A stretch of 64,000 bases of DNA, from assembly GCA_020536535.1 (NCBI GenBank), contig JAHLWZ010000841.1, forward strand, positions 1-64,000, written 5' to 3'. This document shows positions 9,101 through 23,300 of this stretch, in pieces. Each line of letters begins with the position of its first letter. The first letter of the stretch is position 1. The notes under the pieces are model-generated. The model searched no databases and had not been told where the DNA came from. It was given only the letters and a program-made list of their open reading frames with translations. Source of the stretch: Pelomyxa schiedti. Its lineage: Eukaryota; Protista; Evosea. The position numbers were made by a program, and so were the translations under genes.

Positions 9101-10868
9101 TTATTTCCGTGAACGGAGTACTCTGCGAGAACGGGAGGGACGCGGAGGTGGTGGAGGTGGGGGTGGGGGTTCTGCGGGAGGAGGGTTGTTGGGGTTGGCA
9201 CACACTTGGCACAGGCAGTAGACAACGCAGGGGATACCGGCTTTGACACACGGGCAAAGGGTGGAACACGGGCGCGTGCACTTGCAACGAATGCTGATTT
9301 CGCGGTTGTGCCGGAGGGTCTTCAGCTGTTGAGCTATCTCTTCTGAGGGACCCTCACCATGAGCAAGGAGGACTGACCGCCGTTGGTTCTCAGTGAGAGG
9401 CTCTAGGTGGTCTGGCCATTGACAGTTAGGAAATTAGTTTACTGTAGAAGCGTCAAACTGGTATCTCGGCGAAAGGGTTTCCTCTCTCTCTCATACTGCG
9501 CAACAGTGCGACGTACAGTATCATCCCATGCCCAGTCGAGACCAAGTGGGAAGGAACCAGAGGTAGGAACCTGAATTAATTAGGATAGAACTCCACAATA
9601 GCTCAAACATGCCCCACAAGAGCCGCCGTGCTTCCGGCGGTAGTTCCTTACTTCAACGTGGCTAAATTTCACTTTACGACCCGCACTTTGGGGACGGGTA
9701 GACAGTCCTCTACCTTAGATGCGTTAGTATGTTGACATGAACCGCCTATTTTACCAGGGGACAGAGCTGACTTGATTGGGGTTACCGGAGTGGCTGGAAG
9801 GGTGGAGCTAGATGTAGTGCTACAATGACCTTTGGCAGGTGCTGACTTTGGTGTATGGGTTACCTTTGACTTCTTGGGTGTCCTTGGGGAATCTGATTCT
9901 TCCTCACTTGTGGTTGAAGAATTTGATTTCTCACTGGAATTAGGGGGAGAGGTAGAAGAGTATTTTTCGTTGACGGTTCCTGTAGGTGGTGATGAAGGTG
10001 GTGAAGGGGAGAGTAGGCGTGGCGGAGATGGTGAGTGATACCTTGTTGGGGAGGGTACCCTTCCTCGCTGTGCTCTAAAGTGGCGAGATGGTGTTGAGGG
10101 GAGGTCACTTTGAGGGGATGGAGGGGGTGTGTTTTCAGAAGCCTCATCAGTGTCGAAGACGGGAGGAGGAGGAATTGCACCCGTTCGCCTTCTTTTTGTG
10201 GTTGGAGGTACTGCTTCTTCCACCAATGACGGTTGACGTTGTCGTGTATGTGGCAGGTGCCTTGGGGAAGATGGCGGAGACAAAGGAGGTGGCAAAGACT
10301 TGGAAGGTTCTGTGTCACAAGTTTCTGGGGCTTCTGTAAGTTGGGGTACTTCACTTCCTGTTAGGTCTGGATTCTTGCTGAGCGTGGTTCTTCTCGGTGT
10401 AGTCCCTTTACGTTTTTTGCGTTTCCCTTTTTTCTGAGCAGTACCCGGCAGCTCTTTCTCAGGTGAGTCACTGGCTTTCTTTGGGGAATCATCAGAGGTC
10501 TCGCTCGCAGACATGCTGACACTCAACTGTGCCGAATCCTGTGCGTTTTCCTTTACTTTGGAAGAAGGAAGGGATTTCGCTTCTGTTTCGTCTGTTCCTC
10601 CCTCTCCAGTGGCTTCCTCCTCCTTTTTTTCTCCCTCGGCCTCGGCGGTCTCGATCACGTCTTTAGTCTGCTTGACGTTAGCAACCTTTTCGGATTTTCC
10701 TTTCTTGACACCAACGGACGACCGCCGCTGTTTCGCTCTCGCAGCCATACTGGTACTAGTCTTGAGACGCGTAGACATCCGCGGAGATCGCCTCAACGTC
10801 ACGACAACGGGTTTATCGTGTTCCGGTGACTCCGGATCTTGCGGTTGTTTCCCCCCCTCCTCGCTCAT
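9101..10868 (-). CDS. CSRNP (cysteine/serine-rich nuclear protein)-like protein with a long disordered N-terminus
   Basis: Spliced C-terminus RKVKFSHVEVRNYRRKHGGSCG|VPTSGSFPLGLDW...LEPLTENQRRSVLLAHG...LKTLRHNREISIRCKCTRPCSTLCPCVKAGIPCVVYCLCQVCANP follows the CSRNP motif order. Three introns, one of them GC-AG. Confidence 0.7.
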
Positions 10869-11307
10869 GTCTGCGCCCACAACGCAATTATTTTATTTTG
10901 TTTTTCTTTATCGCACGTCTCAATTCGAAAAAAGAAGGGAATCACATTACAAGAAGCGTGATAGGGAAAAAACAAAAGGCAGACACCACTGGGAACAAAG
11001 GGAAACAGCACACAACAGAGTACTACCATCTCCTCCTGATTCTGAGACCCTGGTGAGGAGATTTCGAATTTTCTTGTGTTTTTTGGGTGGAGTTAGGAGG
11101 ATAATGGGATGGCCAAAATTTACCCAACTCTCATGGTACATAGTGAAGGTCATGGGAAATCAAATGAAGAGGGAAGTGAATCGGTTCGATAAGAACCGTC
11201 CCAGAGGGATGCAGAGCCAAAGCCATGGGGGAAGAAGCACCAAACGTCGGGTGGCCGCTTGAGGATAAGGGGGCATCAAGCAGAACGAGCACTGTCTCTA
11301 AATTTGT

Positions 11308-12320
11308 TTAGATTGTGTTTTTATTGGATAGGGTGAGTGAGTCGTACTTGTATGAGTAACACTAACAGGAGTTAATATGCACACCGGCATAGCAAGTCGT
11401 GTGTTTACTCTCTGGTGGGAATTGCTGCAGGGACCGCAGGTTTATTTCCGGAGTAGCCCCCAGTCCCTGCAAAATCACATCCAAAAGTCCCAGGCTAGTG
11501 ACTGAAAGGAACACACCCAAATAGGAGTATGACAGTGGCTACGGTGGTGGCGAGCAGCTTGCCTTTTGTGGTAACTTTCCCTTGTAGTGCAAGGAACAGG
11601 GATGCTAGTATGATCAATGATATCAGAATCACTGCAGTTGCCAGTCAATCTGTGTGCGGGGTCAGTGGGCGATCTAGGGAATTTATGCAGGATCTGAGGG
11701 GAAACATCTTGGTAAGAAAATGCCAGGTAGAAAGTTCCACTCTCGCTGCAGTAAATAACAACCTTGTGCCGAATATATATCATCTTTCCTTCATCTCCAA
11801 ATGGAGTGGGCAATAGCATACTTGATAAACACTAAGACAATATAATGCGCACAAAAGAGACTAAAAAAGAGGAAAGTCGAGACTTCATAGAAACAGAAAT
11901 GATGACTAAAAGCAGCGGCTGCTTGTTTCGTATTCATGTCCAGTGTTGAGGGAGCCCAGTCTTCACAATCATCTCCTGTTATTACTTAATGACTTTCTCC
12001 TGAGGGAAGTGGGGAATACCTATGAATATTGTTAGAAGTGTACATATGATCAGAGTTTGCATATGATTACCGAACTAGATGCAACAGCTTAAAATATGGG
12101 CAACCAGTGTGGATGAAATACAACGTAACTATAATTGCTCTGAAAACGCCTTCTTTCCACAAAATACCACGTCAAAATGGCAGTATCCATAACCACCGAG
12201 ATGGCGATTGTGCATACAAAGAGGATACACTGCGAAATCACCATGATGACTTAAAAGGTGGGGGTCACGTAAGTAGTGCGAAAATGTTCATTGTAATGCA
12301 ACATTGGAGGAAGCACTGCA
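11308..12320 (-). CDS. Probable multi-exon small membrane protein; boundaries approximate
   Basis: Hydrophobic segments (IMVISQCILFVCTIAISVVMDTAILTWYF; LATAVILISLIILASLFLAL; LLATTVATVILLF) separated by plausible GT-AG introns. Confidence 0.4.
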
Positions 12321-12670
12321 TAATAACTCGTAGCGATCCAGACAAAGATTTTTTGTAGAATGGAAGAAACTGTTAATAAATCCTATTCAATTCCACAAAT
12401 GGGCAAGCCGAACCTGTGATCACAGTACCACAATTGCACTCGACCACGACCGCCCACCTCGGGCGAGGCACAAATCAATCGCTCGTCAACGTAGTACCAA
12501 CACCACCACTTCGGTGTTCCTCGCCTGCTCTAACCGCAGCGGAACAGACAGAAAAGGCACAACAAAAATTAATGCACCTTACTGACAAGAATGCACATTA
12601 ACGTAAACCCGGCAGAGGAAAGAGGGTGATTTTGTTTTGTTTTGTTTTGTTTTTGTTGGGTTGTGTGTTT

Positions 12671-15600
12671 TCACAGGCTACCAGCGAGTTGGGTGACTAT
12701 CAAGGGCTTGAGGCAGTCACAAGCCGCCGCGTGCTGTGACCTTATTGTCAAACGGTACATCTTGGCCTCACTGTTGGTCTCAAGGCGCATTAGGACCGGC
12801 ACTTCACCGTCGGACAGGTGCAGTGTGGCTCCAAGTACCAGGTTGGATCGGGAGTTGTCAATGTTCTCTAACACGGCTATCCTGTGGGTGGAATAAGTGA
12901 AAAATTGTGTGAAATGGGGCAAGTCCGTACTTGAAGCCTTGTGAGAAAAGCTTGGACACCCATTGGAGGTCAATGGGTGTTTTGGATGGGAAAACTTCCT
13001 GAACCTCCAAGCCAGGGCCGACAAGATTTTTCCATGTTTGCAAGAACTCTGGTGCTGGAGTGGGCTTGGCGTACATGAACTTGCTCAGGAATATGGGAAG
13101 TGGTATGACAAAGGACGCCGTGCGACCAATGGTGCTATATGACACCTGCATAGTGGGGGTATCGGGGAATTCTCGGAGGCAGGTTATTTCCAGAGGGTAC
13201 TGTATTTGGGCCTTGGAAGGAATGACATTTGCCAAAGCTCCGGGTTTTATGGTGAGATCTAGTTCTGGAATAAGGTTGGGGGCCAAAAAAAAAGAAAAGT
13301 ACATGTGACTTTCTGAAGAGTGACTGTGAACTGGTTGAGCGGCATTGTAGTGCTATTTCCAAAGAACAACACAACTCGACCTTCAGCCTGTTGGTACTCA
13401 GATTTAACACCTATTGATTTATTAGGCCGTTTAAAGTTGATTTGTGTGGTACCAATCTGAAGGGTTGAGTCTTGGTACAATACACCCTCGGCAGCAACAC
13501 ACAATCTTCTCCAGAACATTTGTGTATGTTGAAGTTGGTCCCCAGATATACCAGTTCCTAGTGGTTGTACAACTCCCAGTCCAGAAGTCATGGCATCTTG
13601 TGCTGGAGCACCCATGGAAGCACCGCCTATTTCTAGCCCTCCAGTGTTTGCTGTTACGCCCATGCCAAGACCACCAAGCCCTAGGCCAAGCCCTGGGTCC
13701 ACATTCAGACCCCCGGAAGCTTGAGTGCCACCAAGACCAAGAAGACCTGGGCCAGATGAGAATGTGGTGTCTACGGCTGGTGTGGAAACAACAGCGGAAA
13801 TTTGTGGTTGTGCAGTGACTGTGGTGACTGGGCCATCCAGCAAGCTCAGTGCGCCGGAAGAGGAGGAGCCTGTGACGCTAAGATTGGTATTTGTCTGGGC
13901 TTGGACACTTGAGAACCCAAGTAAATCTAGAACACCACTGGCAGTACTTTTTGCTGCTGTGGATGTTGTAGGAGGACTTGTGATGGGAGCTGACTTGGGT
14001 GGCGCTCGGGGTGGTTCTGGCGTAGTGGATGTGACAGATGAAGTTGCGGGGGTTGTTGGTGTCACTGACACCTAGAAAGAGAGTGATTAGACTCATACGT
14101 AATGTGGCACGGTGACCATACAGTGCTAGAAGAAGATGACGCTCCAGGTTTTTTGTCTTCCCATGGAGGAATGATTTCGAGAACAACTTGCTAAGGTGAA
14201 TCAGAAAAGAAAGAGACGCATCCAGAAAAAAAACAAATACCAATAATTCTTCTGCCCCTGGATTCGTCAAGCGTAGGTATTCGCATGCACGCTGCTGTAC
14301 CTCTAATCTCCCTCAACTAAAGAAAAGCGACTAAGGATGCACAAACCTGCATCTATATGATCTTGGTGCTGAGTGAACACTTCTCGAATAGGATTGCGGA
14401 CTTCAGGAAATAGATTCACGAACTTTGCGTAAGTAGAAAGCAGGAGTGCTCGAGTAGGTAGTGAAACCACATTGTAGCGGGTATGAAGAAGTTTGAATTG
14501 CTCGAATGTGCTGAATGCACCTCAGTGAGCTCAATTATGTGAAAGGATCTACCTTGAGCCAGGTTGTTCAGCAATTAGATGGCCAAATTCCCCTAGAAGA
14601 TAGCCTCCAACTTTAACCATTGTTTCATGCCATGGTTCTGCTTTAAGAGCCTAAATTGTGTTACTCAAAAAGCCCCTCTTTTAACACTAAACCTTGAATA
14701 CTGTCTTTGTTGCATATTCTTGAATGTCTTCATTATTTGTCACAATTTTGACAACTCTGAACCAGATATCGTCGGAGACATAATCTCCAGCAATTCTAAT
14801 GAGTTGCAGAATCACATCAACATACCAAGCATATGTTTGAGAAAACTTCTCAGCAAGAATGGCGATTTTCAACACCTAATGATAACGGTAAGATTCAGCA
14901 CAAATAAGAGGTATTCATACAAGCTCTTCTTTAATTTGAATATCGCAAGTCGACAAGTAATTTAAAAGCTCCACAAGAATTTCTTTTGAAGAGTCGCGGT
15001 CACACATTGCATAGAGTAGATCCAAGCTTCTTCGGCGGATACTGATATCAGATTCCTGAAGGGATGCTGGACGACATATATGTTAATGTGTAGGATTAAC
15101 AACAACAACCACCTGTCACAGTTTTTTGATGCTTTTTTATGAGATGGGCACTATCAGATTGAGACATAAGGGCCATTGCCTCCAAACCTGTTGAGATGAA
15201 ATAAATAGCACTCAAGGCAATAAGAATTAGGATATTTTTTGTTTCCCATTCATAGTGAAAAAGGCACATGCAAAAAAGAGAGAAAAGAAAAGAAAGAAAG
15301 AACAACAAACCAAGGTATCGGACGTTAATTTCTCGTGCAGAAATGAATCTACCCAAAAAGGTAGTAACTGAGCTCAGTAAGTTCTGGTCACTATACACAC
15401 ACTTAACAGAAGTTTATTAACAAAGGATACGCAACTACTCGAGATGGATTACAACAGCTATAGCTTCAAACAATACAGCATTAAGAGCATTTTTCTGATT
15501 TTCACTTGAACCCCTTCCTGGCTCAGCTTGACTGAATATCTACGTGTGCTAAGCTGTAACGTTTTTTTCAAAAGAAAAAGGAGTGAACCTTGGTTAAGAG

Positions 15601-16796
15601 CGAAGTCAGTTGATCAAGGTGGACTTTTTGTGAAGGTGGCACTAACTTAAGGAATCTTAGGCATTTGACCTGGAGCCATGGATGAGGAACGTCATGGTAA
15701 ATATACTCTCTCGAGTATTCCTTCAGTACTGTCTGGAGAGGTGCATTACAATTCACATCTTGCATTGTTCTTAGTAACCTTGTTGAGAATGCGAAGAATT
15801 TTGGGTGTTGCAGCTTCAAAACTTGTGGTGTCAGTTTGAGCAATGGCAGATAACAAAGAAACAACGCTATTCACAACGCCAAGATCATGATCTGAAAGAT
15901 GCATTAACTTTGTAGTGAGTTGAAAAGTTACCATCCAATAAAGCCAGGAGCTTCTGATGAATGTTGGAATCAACTTGCAAAATGTTGGTATCCTTTCGAT
16001 ATAATCGCAAAAAGCACATGGCCGCCTTCTTTCGTACAGTGCCTGGGGTAGTTCTACAGAATTTATTAATAATTCAGTAATTTTTTTCCCTCCATAGTGG
16101 TAGGCTCACGTTGACAATAAAAGGTTCAAGATAGCAGGTGCTAGTGATTCAGTCATTTCCTTACCACCAATGCTTGCAATGGTAACAAGTGCCAGTGATG
16201 TACTGAACTCCCCTCTTGCCTGAAGTTTTTCAATCACTCAAAAACCAAGGTGTAGAAAAATGTACCTGTAAGTCTTCAGATAAAGAGTTTATAATCAACG
16301 GTAGCATTTCATGATTCTCGTTCAACAGCAGGGACATTGCAAGATATCCCTAACATACAATAAGAAGGACGGGGTGTGAGTGGTAAGCACCATTTGCTTT
16401 TCATGGAACTTGGTGCTGGACAAAAGAGTAACTGCTTCCATGTGGCCAAAATCAAGCTCGTAACCTAACATATACATGTACAAGAGCTTAGACACATATT
16501 TGCGCCGCGCATATCCGTCAAGGCTCTTTGCCTCCTGCAATGGACGTGAATTTTTTGTGAAAACAAAAAGGGTTGTGTTGGGTACTCGAAATTCTTTCCT
16601 AATCTTGGCCATTTCTTTGTCAATGCGTTTCTTCTCGATCTCTTTGCTGGGGGCTTCCTCGCAGTAAGGAAAAAGAAAAAAGAGCGAGTAAAACCGCGAC
16701 CAAAACGACGTTTGGGAGCGTACCGTTGTGGATCGCAGAAATGAAGTTGTGCAACCCCCTCATGAAGTCCTTTGCTATTCCCGCGGAGGCCGCCAT
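12671..16796 (-). CDS. AP2A: AP-2 complex subunit alpha (alpha-adaptin)
   Basis: [85 protein letters not shown], and ear domain [12 protein letters not shown]...MYRLTIRS. Many short introns. Confidence 0.96.
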
Positions 16797-17031
16797 CTTC
16801 GTGGATCTCTCTTCGGTGCTTTATGCTCAAAGTTTTTTGTTGTTTTTTGATTTTCCCTTTCCGCGTTTTCTGTTTTGTTTTTGTTCGGAGCTCCTAGGTG
16901 TGATCCTGCCAAACGGAAGTTTTCTACGTGCGACGCTTGGAAACGACATTACTCCCCTGCAAAGGCATTTGTGAATCCGTGCTCACCCTCCAAGACCATT
17001 TTTTCTACAAATTCGATTACGGTAATACTTC

Positions 17032-20000
17032 ATGCCGGGACTGCGTAAGAAGTACAAGAAGTTGATAGATGCTGTGTATCCAGCAACGCCAGATGGTGAT
17101 TTCCAAGTTTCCAACGTTGGCAAGTTGGTGTTCTTCGCTCAGTTGAGTCGCGACAAAGTTCCCAAGATCGCCAAGCAATTGGAGAAAAATGCTGTACTTG
17201 ATTTGGCAAGGAGGCGACTAAAGTGATTGCCACTTTTTGTTGCGCCCTTTATGTTGTAACTTATTTGGTGTCCTTTTTCAGTTTTGTGGAAATGACAATG
17301 AAGACATTGCAAGAATTAGCTAAAGGTTGTCGAGATAATATATCCTTATTCAACACTTGCATTTTTGGGTTTGACCCTCATTCCTTCTTTTCCCCTTGGT
17401 TGTTAATTCACTGAAAGGTTGATCCGCAAGTTATATGAAGACAATAGTACAAAGATGAAAATATTGGCCACAGAAACTGTACATTTACTGCAAGAAAACA
17501 TCCCTTCACTCATTTATCACAGTTTGTTGTATTAGTTGGATGTCAAGATCGAAGTACTTCATATCCTGTAGAGCCTTTCCTCAACTATTTTGAACAATTA
17601 ACTTCATGGCCACCATCTGCCCCAGAGTGCACGTAAGTTTCCTCACTACAGGTAGGCTCCATTCTAACGAGTTTAGGGAGATGCGAATATGTGGCCTATC
17701 AGGCATTAGCTCTTATATTCACTACTTGGACCTTGGAGAGGAGCTTGACGTCTTTTTATCTCATGAATCGGCTGGAAAGTTAACAGGCCCCATCATATCA
17801 TGCATGCAAGCTCCTGATGGTGCCAAGTTGTAACACTTACCTGTTACCATCCAAACAAAAACTCATGGAAAAACAACAGAGAACCAAATACCGTCTCTTC
17901 AGTCCATGATAAAGCCACAGAATGCTTACGTGACCTTGCTTCACGTCTAAGCAATCTTACAATTGCTTCCCTATTATCTACGGTACTCCAGTACTTCGAT
18001 ACAAAAAATGTGTGGACAGCCAATCCGGATTTTGTAACCCACTGTTTTAAAACTATCGCCTCGGCAATAAAGGTAACTACTGGTTTAGTCAAACAGTAAG
18101 AAATGAGAGTTTAATGTTATGTAGACCGAGTACAGTCAAATCATATTCCGGACTTTACTGCATCACATGTCTGCAGCTTCATGCACTGTTGTAGTTAAAA
18201 GAAGGATTATCGACTGTGTGACCACCCTACTTCAAGGAGACAAAGTTACCCCTGTGAATGAACTTGTTTCTCTTTTACTGCAGCAGCTTTTGACCTCGTT
18301 TAGAGTAATTCTATTCAATTCCAGGATTGAATTCCAACTGTTCCGAGTAGGAGACCGAATTAACTGCTCTTACTGAGGAGCAGGCCGCACTTCACGCCAA
18401 ACTCCAACAAGAAATAATACAGGACATTTGTATGCTACCCGTGCCCGGGGAAGATATTTATTTCACAATAGGTTTATCTCTCAAGGCTAGCAAAGTCCGT
18501 GCAACTCAGTCCTACACCCATGTTGATGCCATTGAATATATAATAGAACGTCTTCATGAAGCAAGCAAAGACTATGAAAGTAAAGAAGCACAATTGAGAC
18601 TTGCCTCCCTGTTGTGTCATGCCGTAAAAGAAATAGCGCAAACAATGGAAAGAGTACAAAATACTCGCCCTGTTAGTCATACTCTGCTGTCTAGCTTACT
18701 GCCATTGACTAAAAAACCTTCCCCAGGTAAGATATACTTAACTAAGATTTTGCAATTCACGATTGTTAGAACTACGTACATTGGCTCAGGATACCATCAA
18801 TCTGCTCTTATGTGAAGGATTATATGCCAGTTATATTGCCGGCAAGTACGTTCGACATTCGTCAACGCGTTGGTTACAATAAATTAGGTTAGATGCACTT
18901 AATTGTCTCGACAACTCATCTCTCATCATGGTATTATCGTTTCTCAGCGTTTTGTTTTGTTACTGACCCAAATGAGTTAGCACCTTGAAGCAATCAATGA
19001 AGCATTGTACTACCACATATGCACAAAAGATAACGAACCAGATAACCTCCGCTCCGTTTGGACAACATTTTCTATCATGCTTGTGAGATTGAGGAAGCGG
19101 CAGTTAATTCACATGATACCCCTTTTATTTAAAATTCAGGTAATTACTCCTTATTATCTCTCCTCTCAACCTTCCAAAGGATTACCCAGCAAAGCACAAG
19201 TCCCCAGGAGACCTTACAAAGGGAATTCACACTGTGGTGGCTTGTTGTATTCTGTTTATATCCGTTCTATTTAATGCTAAAAAACTGAGCAAACTTGTTG
19301 TAAAGGTATGGTTAAACCTCAGAATTACGTGCACCAAGTATAATATAGGTTCTGAACGAGCGTTCCGAACAAAAATTGCTCTCACCTTCACTGTCAATTG
19401 ACTTTGACAAAGTGACTCTTTACAAGCACAAGAAGCCTTTCAAATCCAGAAGCAGCCAGGTTGCAATACCCGGATTTGACAAGGATACCGTGGTTTCTCT
19501 ACTTTGCAATACACCTGTATTCAACTCTCCATACGGTGTTGTCTTAAGGTTTTACAGGAACTTGTGGAAGGAACAACTCCCGAAGAACTTCAGCAAGCAA
19601 TGTCTGCTACTTGGTCTGATCGAAGGTGCTATTTCTGACCTATTCTCTTTTGCCAACATCTTTCAAGGACGACCGAACATCATCAAGTTATAAAAATCGA
19701 AGTAAAAACAACACAGGAAGCTCCCGGAACTGTTACATCAGTGAGCAGCAGTGTTCCAGTGGCAACGCCAGAGATAACCTATACACAAATCAAAACAAAA
19801 ATATGTATGGGAGTTCCACTTTGGTATCTTTTACACATATTATACAGCTCAGCAAACTGCCGTTGTTCCTGGTGCTCTACCACCGGCTTCCTTTGAAGAA
19901 GCTGCTACAGCTTGCCGTAAACATGTATGACAAGCTTGTCTGACAACACCAATCAACAAAAATAGGTAGATGATGTCAAACGCATCCTGGACAGTGTGAT

Positions 20001-20121
20001 GACCATGGAGCAGCTGTGCCCCTCTTCACTTGTCCTGGAGCCACTTTCATCCAAAACCAGCTGGCTGGAGTTCCTGGAAACCACTCCTCTCAACATTCCC
20101 CTACTCTTCCCCTTCACTTAA
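17032..20121 (+). CDS. EFR3: EFR3-like armadillo-repeat protein (PI4K complex anchor)
   Basis: N-terminus LRKKYKKLIDAVYP...VGKLVFFAQLSRDKVPKIAKQLEK matches the EFR3 family start. MRICGLSGI motif. Multi-exon. Confidence 0.8.
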
Positions 20122-20333
20122 CCAGGATACAATAAATAGTCCCCACCCCAAACCTCGTGAAGGAAAAAAACAAGTGAGTTTTTTGTGCCGTAACATTCCA
20201 GCTCCTTCCTATGGGGCAAAAAGAAAAGGAAAAAAAAAAACCAAACAGTGACAACAAGGAGAACAGAACCCCGGCTAATTTATCAACATCAACTACCTGT
20301 CAAATCGTCGTTCATTTTTCATAAAAAAAACAA

Positions 20334-23300
20334 ATGGCGGATGGAGGGGTGGACGCCGCAGAGACGGACACCCTGCTGAAGGCTGAGGTGTATGTGGTCG
20401 GGGGTGATCACAACCATGACCAGAAGGCCGCAACCTACACGCCTCTTGGGCGTACTTCCAACGAGAAGGACAAACGGAAGTACTTGTTGTTGAAGCAGTT
20501 CAGGGGCGTGGTTAGTTTCCACTTGTTGTGGCTTCGTGGGTTCCCACCCTTTTTTTTCGTGTGAAGAGGGTTGTGAGTGCCTTAACCATCAATCTAGTTT
20601 TTGAAGAATGTAACCCTTTCAGTGAGGCAAAGGAAGCAACTTGCTTGCCAAATTATATGTATGTGAGGAGCCAATAGACGATAGCGTAAATAAACATTTG
20701 TAGTACCACTTGTAATAACACTTGGACTGGGATTGGCATCTTTCTTCAAGGGGGATGTGGAAACTGTTGATACTTATGTGTATTTCTACCATACCATGAT
20801 TGCATACCCCTCAGAGTATTTGTCTGACAACTATTACACCAAAATAACAATACAAAGAACGCAGAAATATGGTGACCACTTCTTTTATGTTGACCCTAAC
20901 AATGTTGCTGGGCACTGTGACAATGCCTCTTATGACTACATTAACCCCCCAGACAGCTGTGGTGATACACTTTATACCGGTATCCAAGTCTCCGGGGTTC
21001 TCTCGGTCTCATGGGTGAAAAAGGAGGAATTCTTGGTACATATTACCAGAGGCCGTGGAACTATGATGTGTGGTGTTATGAGGATGACACTATTATGACA
21101 TTGCACTCCTGTACACCTTTTTTTACTGAGTACAGTGACTGGGACACTGCACTTCAAGTTTGAGCTTTCCTTGTCTTCAGTGTTTCTGAACAACAAACAA
21201 AAAGGACTACCAAGATTTTTATCACGACTCTGTGGATGCTTGGAATGACTATGATATAGACTATTGCGTGGGTGCTCAAACTCAGTTAAAAATGCCCCAG
21301 ACTGGTTTTCCCTTTTCTCTTCTTGCAAAAATCTCATATTCCCGTTCAGCATTTTACTTCGAGGATGTGACTTCTTCAGACGAAATTTCTCTTCCTGATG
21401 TGAAACTCCACTACACTTTGTTTGCCACAGATCAATACACTTCACTGGCTTGGAACTACGAATATGAGGTTCTACTCCACTCCCTGGATTGTTATTTATT
21501 TTCAAGTAGGACCCAATTCTGGTGTCTGTGAATAGTATGAATGGCGCTTTTTTGCGCCTTGTGACGAACTACACCTTCATTGAAGAAGATTACCAGATGA
21601 AATCCCTGGAAATTGTTCTGGGATATACTGTAAGGAATCTCAATATAGATTCAACCTGTTTACTTGTACCCAGGATTTTCCTGAGCATGTTGAAGTAAAC
21701 TCCCCGCGGGCACTTATTATTACACTAGAAGTGTGTTTTGTACCTTTCATGATAATGTGCTTGATGCCCTTTTTTATGCAGAAGGTTTCAACACTTCTTT
21801 TGTGTTTTACTAATTACACATCAGGTCGTAGTAGAGCGGAACTCTGGACTTTCTGAGATGTTGAATTTAGTATGACAAACTTTCTTTTCCATTCCAGAAA
21901 CTAATATTGGGTAACAAGGCTGGTTTGAACAATCAAATATATTGGCTTGGGAACTTTTGCTGTGACTGCCTTATCTACATCATTTTTTTGATCCTGCTCG
22001 TCCCCCTTGGTGCAGCTCTTAAAATGAAAATTTACACAGAAGTGGGGTAACTCTAGGCTGCTTGAATATTTCAAGCTTATTTATCTCCGTTAGGGTTTAT
22101 TTATATCTTCTGATAATAAGTTGGGTCATTCCTCTCGTTGGAATGTCTTACTTCTTTGCTGTATTTGTGAGAACCACAGGTTTTCAAGTGTTTCCTTGCA
22201 TTTGTTAAACCCTTGCAGCGCAGTCTGCTGTGGTAGGGTTTATTATTGTTTGTCTCCAGCTTACTGCTGCAGCACTTCTAGCTTATCTTGGTAATACATG
22301 ATATCCACTTCGTATTTTAAGAGACTCAACTAAAATTCACAGTGTACTTTGAACAGCAAGTTGCACCAATCTATTTCATGATTTATCCCCCATTTGCTCT
22401 TTTTTGGGGCTTTTATGTTACTGGGCACTCTGTCGCTTCTGGCTATGAGTGCTTTTTTTCTCCTGATGTTGCTGCTGAACAAACTTGGATTGCCACTTTA
22501 TGGGTTGCCGGGATGGGCTTAGCTTTTCTCATTATATCGAGGTTTAGAGAGAGTATCCATTTCAACCGTGTAACCTTGAAGCAGTTACCTTGATCAAGTC
22601 ATGCCCAGGACAATTGGCATGCGAAAGCCCTTTTACTTTCCAGTTACGGATTTCTGCACATGGGTCTCATCCAAACTTGGAAAGAAAAATCGTCGCAAAT
22701 TACATACTGCCGCTGCAGCGCTGCATATTTCCCAAGAATCCAAAGAAGAGTTGGAAAGAGAAGATGAAGATGTGCAGATGGAAAGGCGCACTGTTTATCA
22801 ATTACCTGGTGAACCAGATTGGCCCCTTATCATCAAGGACATGTCAAAGACTTTTTCAGGGGGAATTGGGTATTTCATCAGAATTCGTTTCCTTCACTAA
22901 TTCTTGAGCAGCTCTTCCAACGTTCAAGCACTGAAAAACGTAACCTTCCACGTAGAACAGGGGCAGTGCTTTGGGCTTTTGGGACCAAATGGTACTTTTT
23001 CTAATTTGGGTGATTCTATCTAATTGAATGAAGGGGCTGGAAAAACCACCCTAGTTAACATACTGTGTGGGTTGATGACGCACTCAGGAGGTCAGGTTAA
23101 CTTCACTGCAGACTATCATTAAAGAATCGAAGGTTCTGCCATTATTGGTGGCTATGATATCGAGTACAATTTGGCTACTGTAAGAAGAATGATTGGACTT
23201 TGCCCCCAGTTTGATTGGCTGTTTGATGATTTGACGACTCGGGAACATCTTCTTTTCTATACAAGGTTAAAGGGCTTCCCTATAAGCAAAGAGTCAGCAC

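Noticed and set aside
15422-15430. Perfect canonical U12 donor motif GTATCCTTT (minus strand) inside an AP2A intron
   Set aside because: Using it would leave an in-frame TAG in the exon and break the phase. The frame requires a donor 5 or 8 nt upstream (GTTGCG or GTAGTT). At most a relic, possibly chance.
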